Source: Octopus sinensis
Taxonomy: Eukaryota
DNA length: 64,000 nucleotides
Direction: 5' to 3'
NCBI RefSeq assembly: GCF_006345805.1
Contig: NC_043000.1
Coordinates: 13,206,001 to 13,270,000, forward strand
The number at the start of each line of letters is the position of its first letter. Position 1 is the first letter of the stretch. Positions 52,195-64,000 of this stretch are shown here, in pieces. A program made the translations under genes and the position numbers. A model generated the notes under the pieces. That model saw only the letters and a program-made list of their open reading frames with translations, did no database searches and had not been told where the DNA came from.

Positions 52195-52300
52195 GTTATC
52201 ATCATCTTCATCATGGTCGTCGTCGTCGTCAACAACAACAACAACAACAACAGCAGCAAAAAAAAAACAGCAGCAGCAGCAGCAGCAGCGGCAGCAGCAG
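51700..52300. repeat. Higher-order repeat of (CAT)n-(GTC)n-(AAC)n-(AGC)n-A10 blocks
   Basis: About 4 units ending in gcaaaaaaaaaacagc. Confidence 0.9.
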
Positions 52301-52783
52301 CGGAATAGATGTGCAGTGAGCCGCAACTAATGCAGTTTTGACTATACCGCCAGAGGTGATGTTTACACAGTCACGCATGCATGAATAAAGCCGTTTGCTT
52401 TTGGTGGCAGAGAACGTCACACTGCAGTGGACTCTGTGTGCATACACATACATATACATGTCTATACACACATGCATATATGTGTGTACAGACACACACA
52501 CACACACACTACATTTATAAAGACATGTGTACACATGCATATAACACGCACACACACGCGCACAGACACACGGACACACATATACACACATATATTATGG
52601 GCTGCATATTTGTGTTTATCTCTATAAATATATTTATATATATATATCTGTCTATATATTTATTTATATATATATTTATATTATATTATATATATATAGA
52701 TATATATATTAATATATATATATATTTATATTTATATATTAAATTTTATATTATATATATATATATATATATATGTGTGGTGT

Positions 52784-52827
<44 letters not shown>

Positions 52828-53141
52828 TGTGTGAGTGTGTGAACAGAAACCACCATTAAATGCACCAGCACTACCGCCAATGCAAGAATGCCACTAATCC
52901 ACTGCTACCAACACCACTAGCACTACTACTACCACTACTACTGCTGCTACTACTACTACTACTACTACTATAATACTACTACTACATCAACAAACAAAGA
53001 CAACATCATCAACAACAGCACTACGTTATCCTCCCCCTCATCTGCAAGACCACAATTGCTGTTAAAACATCACAGCTCCAACTAAAACAAGGCATCATAA
53101 CGTTTAGCAGTAGTAGCAGCAGCAGCAGCAGTGGCAGTAGC

Positions 53142-53172
<31 letters not shown>

Positions 53173-53217
53173 GTAATAGTAGTAGTAGTAATAATGGTGG
53201 TGATGGTGGTGGTGATG

Positions 53218-53256
<39 letters not shown>

Positions 53257-53314
53257 ATTGTTGTAGTTTGGTGGTGGTGGTGGTGGCGTTGGAGATGGTA
53301 ATAAGGCGATATAA

Positions 53315-53381
<67 letters not shown>

Positions 53382-53451
53382 TAGAAAAACGAAAGAAAGA
53401 AAGTATGGTATATGACAAGACTACGAAGAATTGTATGTGACACCGTTAAGG

Positions 53452-53493
<42 letters not shown>

Positions 53494-54334
53494 ATACATA
53501 CATACATGCTTACTTACATTCATGCATATTTTCATACATGCATACCTGCACACATAAAGGCACACACATGCTCAAACACATACATATGTTTCGGTGAAGT
53601 CGTAACAGCTTTTCTTACAAACGTGTTATATCGATAATACCACTGACTATGTTCTGCAGTTTTGATTTTTTTTCATTAATGATTTTTTAACGTTATTTTC
53701 TTTACTCTTTATGGGTTAGATGGAACATCAACGTTCGTAGATCAATCAAGGTTTTATGGTCTTATCTTCTGGTTGAAGTGCTTCTTGGTGGCGCTTGATA
53801 CTACCCCCCCCCTTTTTGGGGGTTCTTCTATTTTAGCAAGTATAACGCACTACTGTGTGTTAATTTCAGTTTAATCTAGTTTTTTTTTTTTTTTTTTCAA
53901 TACAAATCTATATAAGATGACAATGTTATCAATCAAGGCTTTTCTATTCAGCTGTGTTACTTTTTAATTCTGTGTTGTAATGTTGCAACGTTTCCTTGTT
54001 GTAAATGCATGCTCGGTCAGCGAGAAAGATTTGTGTTGTATGACCTATGTAGCACTTTGAAACATGAAGCTTACAGCTTTCATGTTTACACTGAAAATTT
54101 GTTCATTACATTGGTCGCAAGGAAAGTAGCATCTGCTTTACAAGCTGGTGGTTTTGCACCGAGGTGTAGGTAAGACAGTAATGGTTAAGAAGCTCGCTTT
54201 GCAAACACATGGTTTTGAGTTCAGTTCCATTGCACAGCACCTTGAGCAAGTGTCTTCCTCTAGTGTTTCAGGCTGATCAGTGCCTTATGAGTCAATTTGG
54301 TTGACGAACATTGCGTGGAAGCTCCTCGTGTATA

Positions 54335-55270
54335 CCGTAAATCCTCGAGTATAGTCCGCCCTTGAGTATAATACGCAGGGGATCTTTAGGGGGCTGTACC
54401 TCTGATCAACCTAAACCTTGTATACAATACGCACCCCTTCTCTGACTTGGGTCAAGGCGGTCTATATAACGTCCTTGGGATCTTTTCGGTTTGAACGGCA
54501 TTTTTTTCTAGCAGTGTCATATGAAATTGTCACCCATAATTATGATCCTAGTATCAATCTATTGCATTTCAATTTGTTTTAGGGTTAGGGTTAGGGTTAG
54601 AGTTAGGGTTAGGGGTGGGGGGAAGGGTATCTTTTTTCTTCAGAAATGTAAATAAACCCAATCTGTTTCTTAAACGAGGTACATATTCATACGGCACAGA
54701 ATGTTTTCACCTCAATAGACGTCACTGATTGGTTGAAATTGCAGAAATTGAAGAAAAAAAACAACAAATATCTTACAAACTATAGAATTTTCTCAATAAA
54801 GCCAAGAGGAAAAGATGTTTTATAAACACATTCTACCAGTATACGAAGTTTAAAATGGTTTAGTTACGTGGAAATTATTTTAAAATACTGCTGTTCAAAC
54901 CGAAAACATCCAAAATGTATATGGTAACGTCCTTTATTATTATTGTATATAACACAATGCAAACGTGTAGCTTTTTTGTGCATTTTGTTTGCAGAAAATA
55001 AACAAATAACATAATAACGTTTAATAAATGCTGCTTACTACAAGTTATGGATGATTCTTTTATGACTTCATTGCTTTCAGGCTTAGCTTAAGGTATTTTC
55101 GCGCCCGACATCACAAAATGCGTCTGAATAAACATTGCCGGACAGCAAATCGAGACTCGGACATTGCTTAGAAAATAATTTTCATTTTTAACCTCGTATA
55201 TAGTACGCACTAGGGATTTTGACCTTTAAATTTTGGGGAAAAAGTGCGGATTATACTCGAGGATTTACGG
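54335..55270. mobile_element. Tc2/pogo-like MITE nested in a SINE B and carrying a nested MITE (54477-54912)
   Basis: TIRs CCGTAAATCCTCGAGTATA / TATACTCGAGGATTTACGG with TA TSD. SINE B halves at ~54170-54332 and ~55500-55770. Confidence 0.88.
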
Positions 55271-56200
55271 TACGTATATATATTGTTGATATCATTAGAA
55301 TTTTATAAACTTTCGCGAGGGCATGAAATAATTCTTTTTGCTGCTCTTTCTTTTTCTATTTTGCAATAGTGGCTCTCGAGGCTCACATAACGCTATAGAT
55401 AATACTAAACAAAATGAGTTTCTAACCGAATGTTCACATGCTACTAGTTATAGCTTTTTCTGAGCCTTGACAGTCACTATTCTAACAACAAAAAAGCAAA
55501 TATGTGGTATAGATATGTGTGTGCGCGTGTGCATGTGTGCATGTGTGTGTACATGTGTGTGTGTCTTTCTGTTTGTGTTTGTCCCCACCAATGTAAAACA
55601 ACCGTTATTACTTTGTTCTCGCACACGTGACTTAGTGGTTCCGTAAAAGAAAGCGATAAGATAAGCACCAGAGTTTTACAAAATAGATACTGAAATAGGT
55701 TTGTTCAACTAAGCCCTTCAGTGTGGTGCCCCAGAATGGCCGCTGTCTATTGATTGAAACAAAAGGTAACACACACACACACACACACACGTCCGGAGGT
55801 GAGAGAAAGAGTAACGACTACAAACTGATTTCAAAATCTCGAGAACCACCATACGAAAAAAAAAAAAGAAATAAAGAAAGAACACGATCATGTTGTTATA
55901 TTGGCCTTGAGTTGGGCAAGGTTTATTAGTTATTGATGCAGTGTTCTACATCTGCATGTCCTTCAGGGTGCCAACTCTTACCTGGTTTTCGAATAATGCA
56001 GTTTATAATTACACCTCTCTTCACATGTCGAAACCGACATAATCTGCCGAGCTGCGACGTCATATTCAGGAAAAAATATATATCACACACACATAAACAT
56101 ACACACATCTGATACAATGATTGTGTGTTTCTGTGTGTGTGTGTGTGTGTGTTCGCACATAAGTATTAAATGCACTGACATGGTATATATATATATTCGA

Positions 56201-56232
<32 letters not shown>

Positions 56233-56317
56233 TATATATATATGTATACATATATATACATATATACATACATATACATTACATATATATATATGTGTGT
56301 GTGTGTGTATACATACG

Positions 56318-56377
<60 letters not shown>

Positions 56378-56451
56378 TTATATATATATATATATGTGGG
56401 TAAAATTATTCTAATGTTGTCCTTCAAATTTAATTAAATTCTATGTTTCTG

Positions 56452-56529
56452 TGCAGTTGAAGCATTTTAAATTAATGTAATGGTTGCTTTATTCAATTAA
56501 ATGGAGTTGCATGAAACGATCGTACTGCA
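56452..56529 (+). ncRNA. Decayed minimal hammerhead motif in a (TA)n-flanked module (56395-56570)
   Basis: UGCAG-[UUGAAGC]...GAAAC-GAUC-GUA/CUGCA. 5-bp stem I and palindrome ACGAUCGU intact, CUGANGA box mutated. Confidence 0.6.
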
Positions 56530-56844
56530 TTACCTCTGGATATCCTTGTTGCGTATTTTGATGTAATAATATATATATATATATATATATACATATATAT
56601 AAAAGTAGTTATGAAAATGGATGAAAATGTGGCAATGGATAGATTTAAATGTATGAATAAATTGATGTTGTGAACTTGTAAAAGTTACAAAAGATGAAAA
56701 TGAAATAGAGATAATTAAATTCGTCGAAGTAAAGTGAAATAAGTAACGATAAAAAAGTGAAGTGATGATAAATTCTGATACATTTGTAATTATGTTGTGT
56801 GTTGTGAGGAAACGGCTGTTGGTGTATATGAGTGCGCATGTGAG

Positions 56845-57200
56845 TGCGAGCAGGTTTGTGTGTAGGGTTGTGTGTGTGTGTGTGTAGGTGTGTAGGTGTG
56901 TGTGTGTGTGTGTGTAGGTGTGTGTGTGTAGGGTGTGTGTAGGGTTGTGTGTGTGTGTGTGTGTGAGTGTGTAGGGTGTGTGTGTGTGTGTGTAGGGGTG
57001 TGTAGAGTGTGTGTGTGTGTGTGTAGGGTGTGTGTGTGTAGGGTGTGTGTGGGTTGTGTGTGTGTGTGTGAGTGTGTAGGGTGTGTGTGTGTAGGGTGTA
57101 TGTAGGGTGTGTGTATGTGTAGGGTGTGTGTAGGGTGTGTGCGTGTGTGTGTGTGCGCGCGTGTGTGTGTGTGTGTGTGGTGTGTATGTGTGGTGTGTAC
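56845..57200. repeat. (TG)n microsatellite punctuated by gtaggg
   Basis: Direct reading. Confidence 0.95.
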
Positions 57201-57582
57201 GGGTAAGTGAGAGAGCCAGAAAGAGGGAGAGAGAGAAAAGGGGAAGGAGAAAGTGAATGAAAGATGAAAGACAATGAGTATAAGAGAAGAGAAAGTGAGA
57301 AATACAGAGATGGAGAGAAGTAGAGAAACAGAGAGAACAAATAACAAAGAAGGAGAGAGAGAAGATACAAGAGAGAGAGAGAGAGAGAGAGAGAGAATGT
57401 ACAAGAGACAGAGAGACAGGGGGAGGAGAAAAAGAGAGAGACCGAGAGATAGGAGTAGGAGTGAGATATAGACAGAGAGGGGGAGGAAGAAAGAGAAGGA
57501 TAAATAAGGAGACAGAGAGAGTGGGAAAGAGAGACAGTGAGAGAAAGAAGGAGAGAATGAGAAAGAGAGAAAGAGAAAGACG

Positions 57583-57639
<57 letters not shown>

Positions 57640-58014
57640 TTAAACACTGTAAAACATTGTAAAAGTTTATAAAATATAATAAAACACGAAGTCAGAGTTG
57701 AAAAAAATGTGAATTTCCATAATAAATAGTAAAAAATAATTTCTGGATTCTGGAAACTATTTCGCGGAGGAGATATAATTAACACCTATTAATTCTTCAG
57801 AGATAACGAATAAATTTTAAATATTTACACCCACCTATTTTCCTACGCGATATAACTACATACATGAATACATACATACATATATGCATACATACATACA
57901 TACATGCAAAGTTCAACATGTAATAAGATCCACATATGCAATGCTATTTGCCTACATGTCCAGGTGCACACATATATATATGCATATATATATATATATA
58001 TACATATACATACT

Positions 58015-58046
<32 letters not shown>

Positions 58047-58328
58047 TACATATATTATATATATATATATATAAAGAGAGGGACGTAAATACAGATAGAT
58101 AAATATTATATATATGTATACATACATACATACATACATACATACATACATACATACATACATACATACATACATACATACATACATACTACATACATGC
58201 AAGAGTACCCCGTTATCTAAATTCCAATGGGAGAGCTTTTTTCTTCAACTAGGCTTAGAAACATTGTGATAAATTTGAAAAATATAACTAGAGAAACAAA
58301 CATACACACATACATGCATACATACATT

Positions 58329-58598
58329 ATGGCTGCCCCTCGTTATCGAGTATGGCCATTGCACGAAGCTTAACTGTTACTGGTGCAGTGATCGAATGTG
58401 ACTTTTTAGCCCAGCTAAAGATCTACAATGTCTTGTACAGAATTGGCAGCTAAAACCTTTACCGGTAATAGCCGGCTGTAGTTGTAACTGGTCTTCATGT
58501 ACCTTTGCATGTCGTTTAAGTCCTCCTGCCAAATTACACTCTCTTCCACATGCCCGACAGATATGATTAGTATGGTGTGTAACACCACCACCAGTGGC
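58329..58598 (-). mobile_element. Probable RTE-type LINE 3' end encoding two C2H2 zinc fingers
   Basis: CRACGRECNLAGGLKRHAKVH and CQFCTRHCRSLAGLKSHIRSLH, stop at 58377, short 3' tail, (TACA)n on both sides, no TGEKP linker. Confidence 0.55.
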
Positions 58599-59035
58599 CA
58601 TACATACATACATACATACATACATACATACATACATACATACATACATACGTACGTACGTACTTGCATGCATGCATGCATACATACATGCATACATACA
58701 TACATACATACATACATACATACATACATACATACATACATACGTACGTACGTACTTGCATGCATGCATGCATACATACATACATACATACATACATACA
58801 TACATACATACATACATACGTACGTACGTACTTGCATGCATGCATGCATACATACATACATACATACATACATACGTACGTACGTACGTACGTACGTACT
58901 TGCATGCATGCATGCATACATACATACATACATACATACATACATACATACATACATACATACATACATACATACGTACGTACGTACTTGCATGCATGCA
59001 TGCATACATACATACATACATACATACATAATACA

Positions 59036-59069
<34 letters not shown>

Positions 59070-59617
59070 CATACATACATGTCTTTAATCTGCTGAAATG
59101 AGTTTGTTTTGAGTATGCATTTTCACTCTGTGCAAAATGATTGTAAGATAACACGAAGGCCTGAGGAGGCGCACTTTACACTTCGAAAGTATCTCACCAA
59201 TATACTACGGGTGTAAAAATGCTTCGAAACAATTGTGGTGATTGTAAGTAATGTTGTTCATTCCATCTTCTATCATTTAACAATCAACATATATACACGT
59301 ATGCGTACTCACGCATGTCTTATATTTCACTTCACTACATGTTACATTTATAAGAGATTAATCCTTGATTTGTTGCTTATGTATCCTAACTCGATTTATT
59401 AATTTTGATCCCGTTTAGCCAATATAATTCTCATCATTGCATTGTTTTTTTTTTTATTTCTTTTACTAATAATATTTGTATTAACCTTCAGTTCCTTTCC
59501 ATTTAAAAATTTTTTTTGATCTTGCCATGTTTAATCATATCTCGTGTCCCAAAACGGAGGTCTCCGCATTTTGGTACCCGCATTGTCCACATCGATAGAC
59601 ATTTCATATTAGCCTGC

Positions 59618-59672
<55 letters not shown>

Positions 59673-59738
59673 ATAATGATGATGATGATGATGATGATGA
59701 GGATGATGATGATGATGATATGATGATGATGATGGTGG

Positions 59739-59801
<63 letters not shown>

Positions 59802-59868
59802 TGACGATGATGATGACGATGACGATGACGATGATGATGATGATGATGATGACGATGATGATGATGAT

Positions 59869-59900
<32 letters not shown>

Positions 59901-59985
59901 TGACGATGATGATGATGATGACGATGATGATGATGATGATGATGACGACGACGACGACGATGATGACGATATTGATGATGATAAT
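59618..59985. repeat. (TAA)n-(GAT)n-(GAC)n microsatellite
   Basis: Direct reading. Confidence 0.95.
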
Positions 59986-60478
59986 TCATACGATTTCTCA
60001 ATTTAGACATTCTGTGAAGTTGGTGTAAAGTTTATGCGATCAGCCAGTCAGCAGCATTGTTTCGTTTCATCTCGTCTTGTGTGTACGCTGACCAGATAAA
60101 TCGGCTGACCAATCTCAGCTGCCGTATTATGCGATTGAAGACCATTATGTCGTCTGCTGATTACACGTTCTCGGCGAAAACTATCCTATTTCCGTTGGAT
60201 TTTTGAGCAATGTTTCTCATTCCTTCGGCGAAAAAACAATTTTATTACATTTTTTAATACCAGCTGGAAACGATTTGTCCTTCCGGTTCTTCAGATACTA
60301 TTTACAGTTTTGACGGGGAATATTGCACTCACGTACGCGCACATACATACACATACATATGTGTGTGTGTATGTATGTATGTATGTATTTGCACACACAC
60401 ACACACGCACGCAAACACACACACACATATATACATATATGCATATAATATATATATATATATATACATTATATATAC

Positions 60479-60510
<32 letters not shown>

Positions 60511-60546
60511 TTATATATTTATTTGTATCTACGAATATAAGTGTGC

Positions 60547-60577
<31 letters not shown>

Positions 60578-60892
60578 TATATATATATTATAGAGAGAGA
60601 GAGAAGAGAGAGAGAGAGAGTTTTGCATGTGTGTGTGTGTGTGTGTTATTGTTGCATGAAAAAGTGTTTAAAATTGAAATTTATACGTCTATAACGGCGG
60701 TGCCCCAGCATAGCCGCAGCTCTCGAGCTAAAACTGGTAAAAGAACAAAAGAATAGCAAAATCTGAAATGGAGGGGGGGGGGGTTTACTCTTCTTTGTAG
60801 TATATTCTTGTAGTATGCGAGTCGTGTCTTGAACGAAGATTTCTGGTGACATAAGCAAATTCTGAGCATCTTTGCTAGTGCACTGAGATAAC

Positions 60893-61500
60893 AATGCATC
60901 ATCACCATACTCATCATCATTATCGTCGTCATCATCATTATCATCATCATCATCATCGACATCATCATCATCATCATCAACATTATCATCATCATCATCG
61001 ACATCATCATCATCATCAACATCATTATCATCATTATCGTAGTCGTCATCATCATCATCATAATCATCGTCGGTGTCGTCATAGTCCTCCTGCTCCTCCT
61101 CCTCCTCCTTATCATCATCATCATTGTTGTCGTCGAAGTCATCACTATCATCGTCATCATCGTCATCCTCCTCCTCATCATCATCATAATCGTCGTCATC
61201 ATCACCGTTGTCGTTGTCGTCGTCGTCGTCATCATCATCATCGTCGTCGTCATCATCATCATAATCGTCGTCATCATCATCGTCATCATCATCGTCATCG
61301 TCGTCGGTGTCATCATAGTCCTCCTCCTTATCATCATTATCATTGTCGTCATCATCGCCGACGTGATCACTATCGTCGTTATCATCATCATCATAATCAT
61401 CACCATCATCATCATCATCATAATCGTCGTCATCATCACCGTTTTCGTTATCGGTGTCGTCGTCGTCATCATCATCATCAGCAGCAGCATTATCCTCGTC
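60893..61500. repeat. (CAT)n/(CGT)n cryptic microsatellite
   Basis: Direct reading. Confidence 0.95.
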
Positions 61501-62163
61501 AGCGATGAAAGGAATTCGGTCGATATAAGGATCACCCTATAGGTTTCCAAGCAGAATTACATGATTGTCAACAAAGACCAGCTGAAAAAGCCTTGATTTC
61601 TGAATGATGCTAATGAACGTTAGAATGTTAGGCGCAAAGCCGGATGTGGAGAATAATGCTCCTCTTCTCTAAACCTTGTTCAAGCAACAAAATAGTGTGG
61701 CCTGACTTCACAAAATAAATGAATATAAATTATCATTGCCCACTTCTAAGGTGACTAATTGGCGGAGTCGTTAAAGCGTTGGATGGAACGTCCAGAGGGT
61801 ATTTGCACCAGTTATACGGTACCTCACTGTTGTTACTTTGCTCTTTTGTCATTCTGGAGTCGACAAATATAATACTAAGTAACGATTTCTCTCTCTCTCA
61901 CTCTCTCTCTCTCTCCCTCTCCCTCTCTCTCCTCTCTCTCTTCTCTCTCTCTCTCTATCTCTGAATCAGCTAAACCAGTGGTCGTCAACCATCTTTTACC
62001 TACTGAGCCTTTTAATCCATATTTTACTCGGGTGGATCCCCATAGCCATTCCATGTTTTAAAAAAAAATACTTGTACATTTTTATACTCTTTTGCTTGTT
62101 TCAGTCTAGTACTTATTTTATCGATCTCTTTTGCCGAATCGCTAAGTTACGGGGACAAACACA

Positions 62164-62241
<78 letters not shown>

Positions 62242-62248
62242 CACACGT

Positions 62249-62420
62249 AGGCGCAGGGGTGGCTGTGTGGTAAGTAGCTTGTTTACCAACCACATGGTTC
62301 CGGGTTCAGTCCCACTGCGTGGCACCTTGGGCAAGTATCTTCTGTTATAGCCTCAGGCCGACCAAAGCCTTGTGAATGGATTTGGTAGACGGAAACTGAA
62401 AGAAGCCCGTCGTATATATG

Positions 62421-62489
<69 letters not shown>

Positions 62490-62693
62490 TGTGTGTGTGT
62501 GTGTTTGTGTGTCTGTGTTTGTTGCCATTAGCATTGCTTGACAACCGATGCTGGTGTGTTTATGTCCCCGTTACTGAGCGGTTCGGCAAAAGAGACCGAT
62601 AGAATAAGTACTGGCTTACAAAAGAATAAGTTGCTCGATTAAAGGCGGTGCTCCAGCATGGCCGCAGTCAAATGACTGAAACAAGTAAAAGAG
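62249..62693 (+). mobile_element. SINE family B, full length
   Basis: Head ggcgcaggggtggctgtgtggtaag, B-box-like gggttcagtccc, core, microsatellite and tail. Confidence 0.92.
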
Positions 62694-62710
62694 TATACAT
62701 ATACACATAC

Positions 62711-62765
<55 letters not shown>

Positions 62766-62857
62766 TATATACAGATATACGACGGGCTTCTTTCAGTTTC
62801 CATCTACCAAATCCACTCACAAGGCTTTGGTAGGCCCGAGACTGTAGTAGAAGACAC

Positions 62858-63220
62858 TGTGTATGGCAGGTTTGGTAGCCTTCAACTAACACCATCTCCT
62901 CCGAGACCCTGCGGCGCAAGTTGACCAAAATTGAAAGTATGATAAAAGAAGGCTTGCTCTTCCTTCTTTAGAAGAAAAAATTTATATCGGATCATGTTAA
63001 CACCAAAAATTATTTACATCAAAAAGGCGCTTTTTTCTATGAAAATCCCTATCTTTTACGATTTTTTTACTGCTGTGCCGCCATTTTTCGGTGTATTTTA
63101 ACCAGGAAAATGTTCACTTAAAGAGAATAACAAGCTACATAATGCAAAATTTTTACTTTTCAAAAATTCCAATTCTAAAGAGTCGAAACAAACCCGAGCA
63201 ACGCCGGACGATACTGCTAG
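62858..63220 (+). mobile_element. Non-autonomous Helitron (3' end shared with 20154-20551)
   Basis: cccgagcaacgccgga-cgatactg-CTAG|t at 63193-63221. Confidence 0.75.
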
Positions 63221-63263
63221 TTGTATTTAAATCTATAACGGTAGTTTGATATGAATTTTCCCC

Positions 63264-63373
63264 TTTTCTCCTGATGAAATAGGTAACTTATCACATTTAA
63301 ATTAATTTTGTATGTTAATTACGTAAATGTGTAAATGATCATGTTTATTCCATTGAAACAGCTGTCGAAACAA
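63264..63373 (+). ncRNA. Near-intact minimal type I hammerhead ribozyme
   Basis: UUUUCUC-CUGAUGA-AAU(A)GG...CCAUU-GAAAC-AGCU-GUC/GAAACAA. Palindrome ACAGCUGU, stem II insert CACAUUUA/UAAAUGUG plus AAUUAA/UUAAUU. Predicted cut after 63366. Confidence 0.8.
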
Positions 63374-63759
63374 TTAAATCATGAATCATATGCCAACTTT
63401 ACTCTTTTCTGCTTGTAACTATCGTAAATGTGTATATTATTTCCAGACATGTAGATTAGTGTCACTGTTTAACCAGAGGTCAGCACTGATTGAGCAGTTC
63501 TGTAATGAAAGACCTTTCAGCCTTCATCATGTAGTTAGTTGTTTGTTGTTGTGTAGCCTAAAGGCAGCCATAACGAGGGGACGAAAGAAGAGGCGAAGAG
63601 CAGAAACAAAACACCGGAGATCCGTAAAAGCCTAAGGGTGCATAAAAAGTAATTTAGAATTAATATCTCGAGTGACATTATGTCAGTTTCGATCGCCACC
63701 TGCCGGATTGTTCTCAACAGATCGAGTCCCGACATACATGCGGAAATTTAATAAAATAT

Positions 63760-64000
63760 AGGCGTAGGAATGGCTGTGTGGTAAGTAGCTTGCTTACCAA
63801 CCACATGGTTCCGGGGTTCAGTCCCACTGCGTTTCACCTTGGCCAAGTGTCTTCTACTATAGCCTCGGGCCGACCAAAGCCTTGTGAGTGGATTTGGTAG
63901 ACGGAAACTGAAAGAAGCCCGTCGTATATATGTATATATATGTGTGTATATGTTTGTGTGTCTGTGTTTGTCCCTCCCAACATCGCTTGACAACCGATGC
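63760..64000 (+). mobile_element. SINE family B (runs off window end)
   Basis: Head and core present. Confidence 0.9.

Noticed and set aside
51700-52300. Repeat/spacer-like periodicity suggesting CRISPR
   Set aside because: Units are low-complexity microsatellite blocks with no unique spacers, in a eukaryotic context.
53578-53600. Minus-strand GAAACATATGTA palindrome
   Set aside because: Derived from adjacent CA/TA microsatellite, and no CUGANGA upstream.
54578-54615. TTAGGG telomere-like repeats
   Set aside because: Only a few units, internal to a MITE that has a second copy at 37601-38014.
59609-61550. His/Arg/Met/Asp-rich ORFs
   Set aside because: Triplet microsatellites (GAT, CAT, CGT) open in several frames on both strands, with no gene context.
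63440-63640. Possible exon after tattatttccag
   Set aside because: No homology recognised, ambiguous donor, and it follows directly on the HHR module tail.

Overview
This is a gene-poor, AT-rich eukaryotic (animal) window made almost entirely of microsatellites and interspersed repeats. The repeat content resembles an octopus-type coleoid cephalopod genome (inference). No host protein-coding gene, rRNA, tRNA gene or CRISPR array can be supported, and nearly all long ORFs in the track are translations of microsatellites. Mobile DNA includes three tRNA-headed SINE families (called A, B and C here, over 30 copies, several with target-site duplications or nested insertions). It also includes decayed LINEs (R4/Dong, CR1, L1/Tx1, and an RTE-like 3' end with two C2H2 fingers), a broken mariner transposase, Tc1/mariner-pogo and hAT MITEs, and non-autonomous Helitrons. 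The strongest non-obvious signal is a set of minimal type-I hammerhead ribozyme (HHR) motifs with palindromic stem III, mostly in short non-coding modules embedded in (TA)n tracts. The clearest case is a head-to-tail 472-nt dimer with one HHR per monomer plus an inverted terminal copy (5292-6336). Others are a direct-repeat HHR pair 1.3 kb apart (14.3 and 15.6 kb), a near-intact HHR at 63.3 kb, several decayed or half motifs, and a tRNA-headed SINE with an HHR-like tail. This architecture matches Penelope-like-element pseudo-LTRs or non-LTR retrozymes. All structures were read by eye, and coordinates of decayed repeats are approximate.
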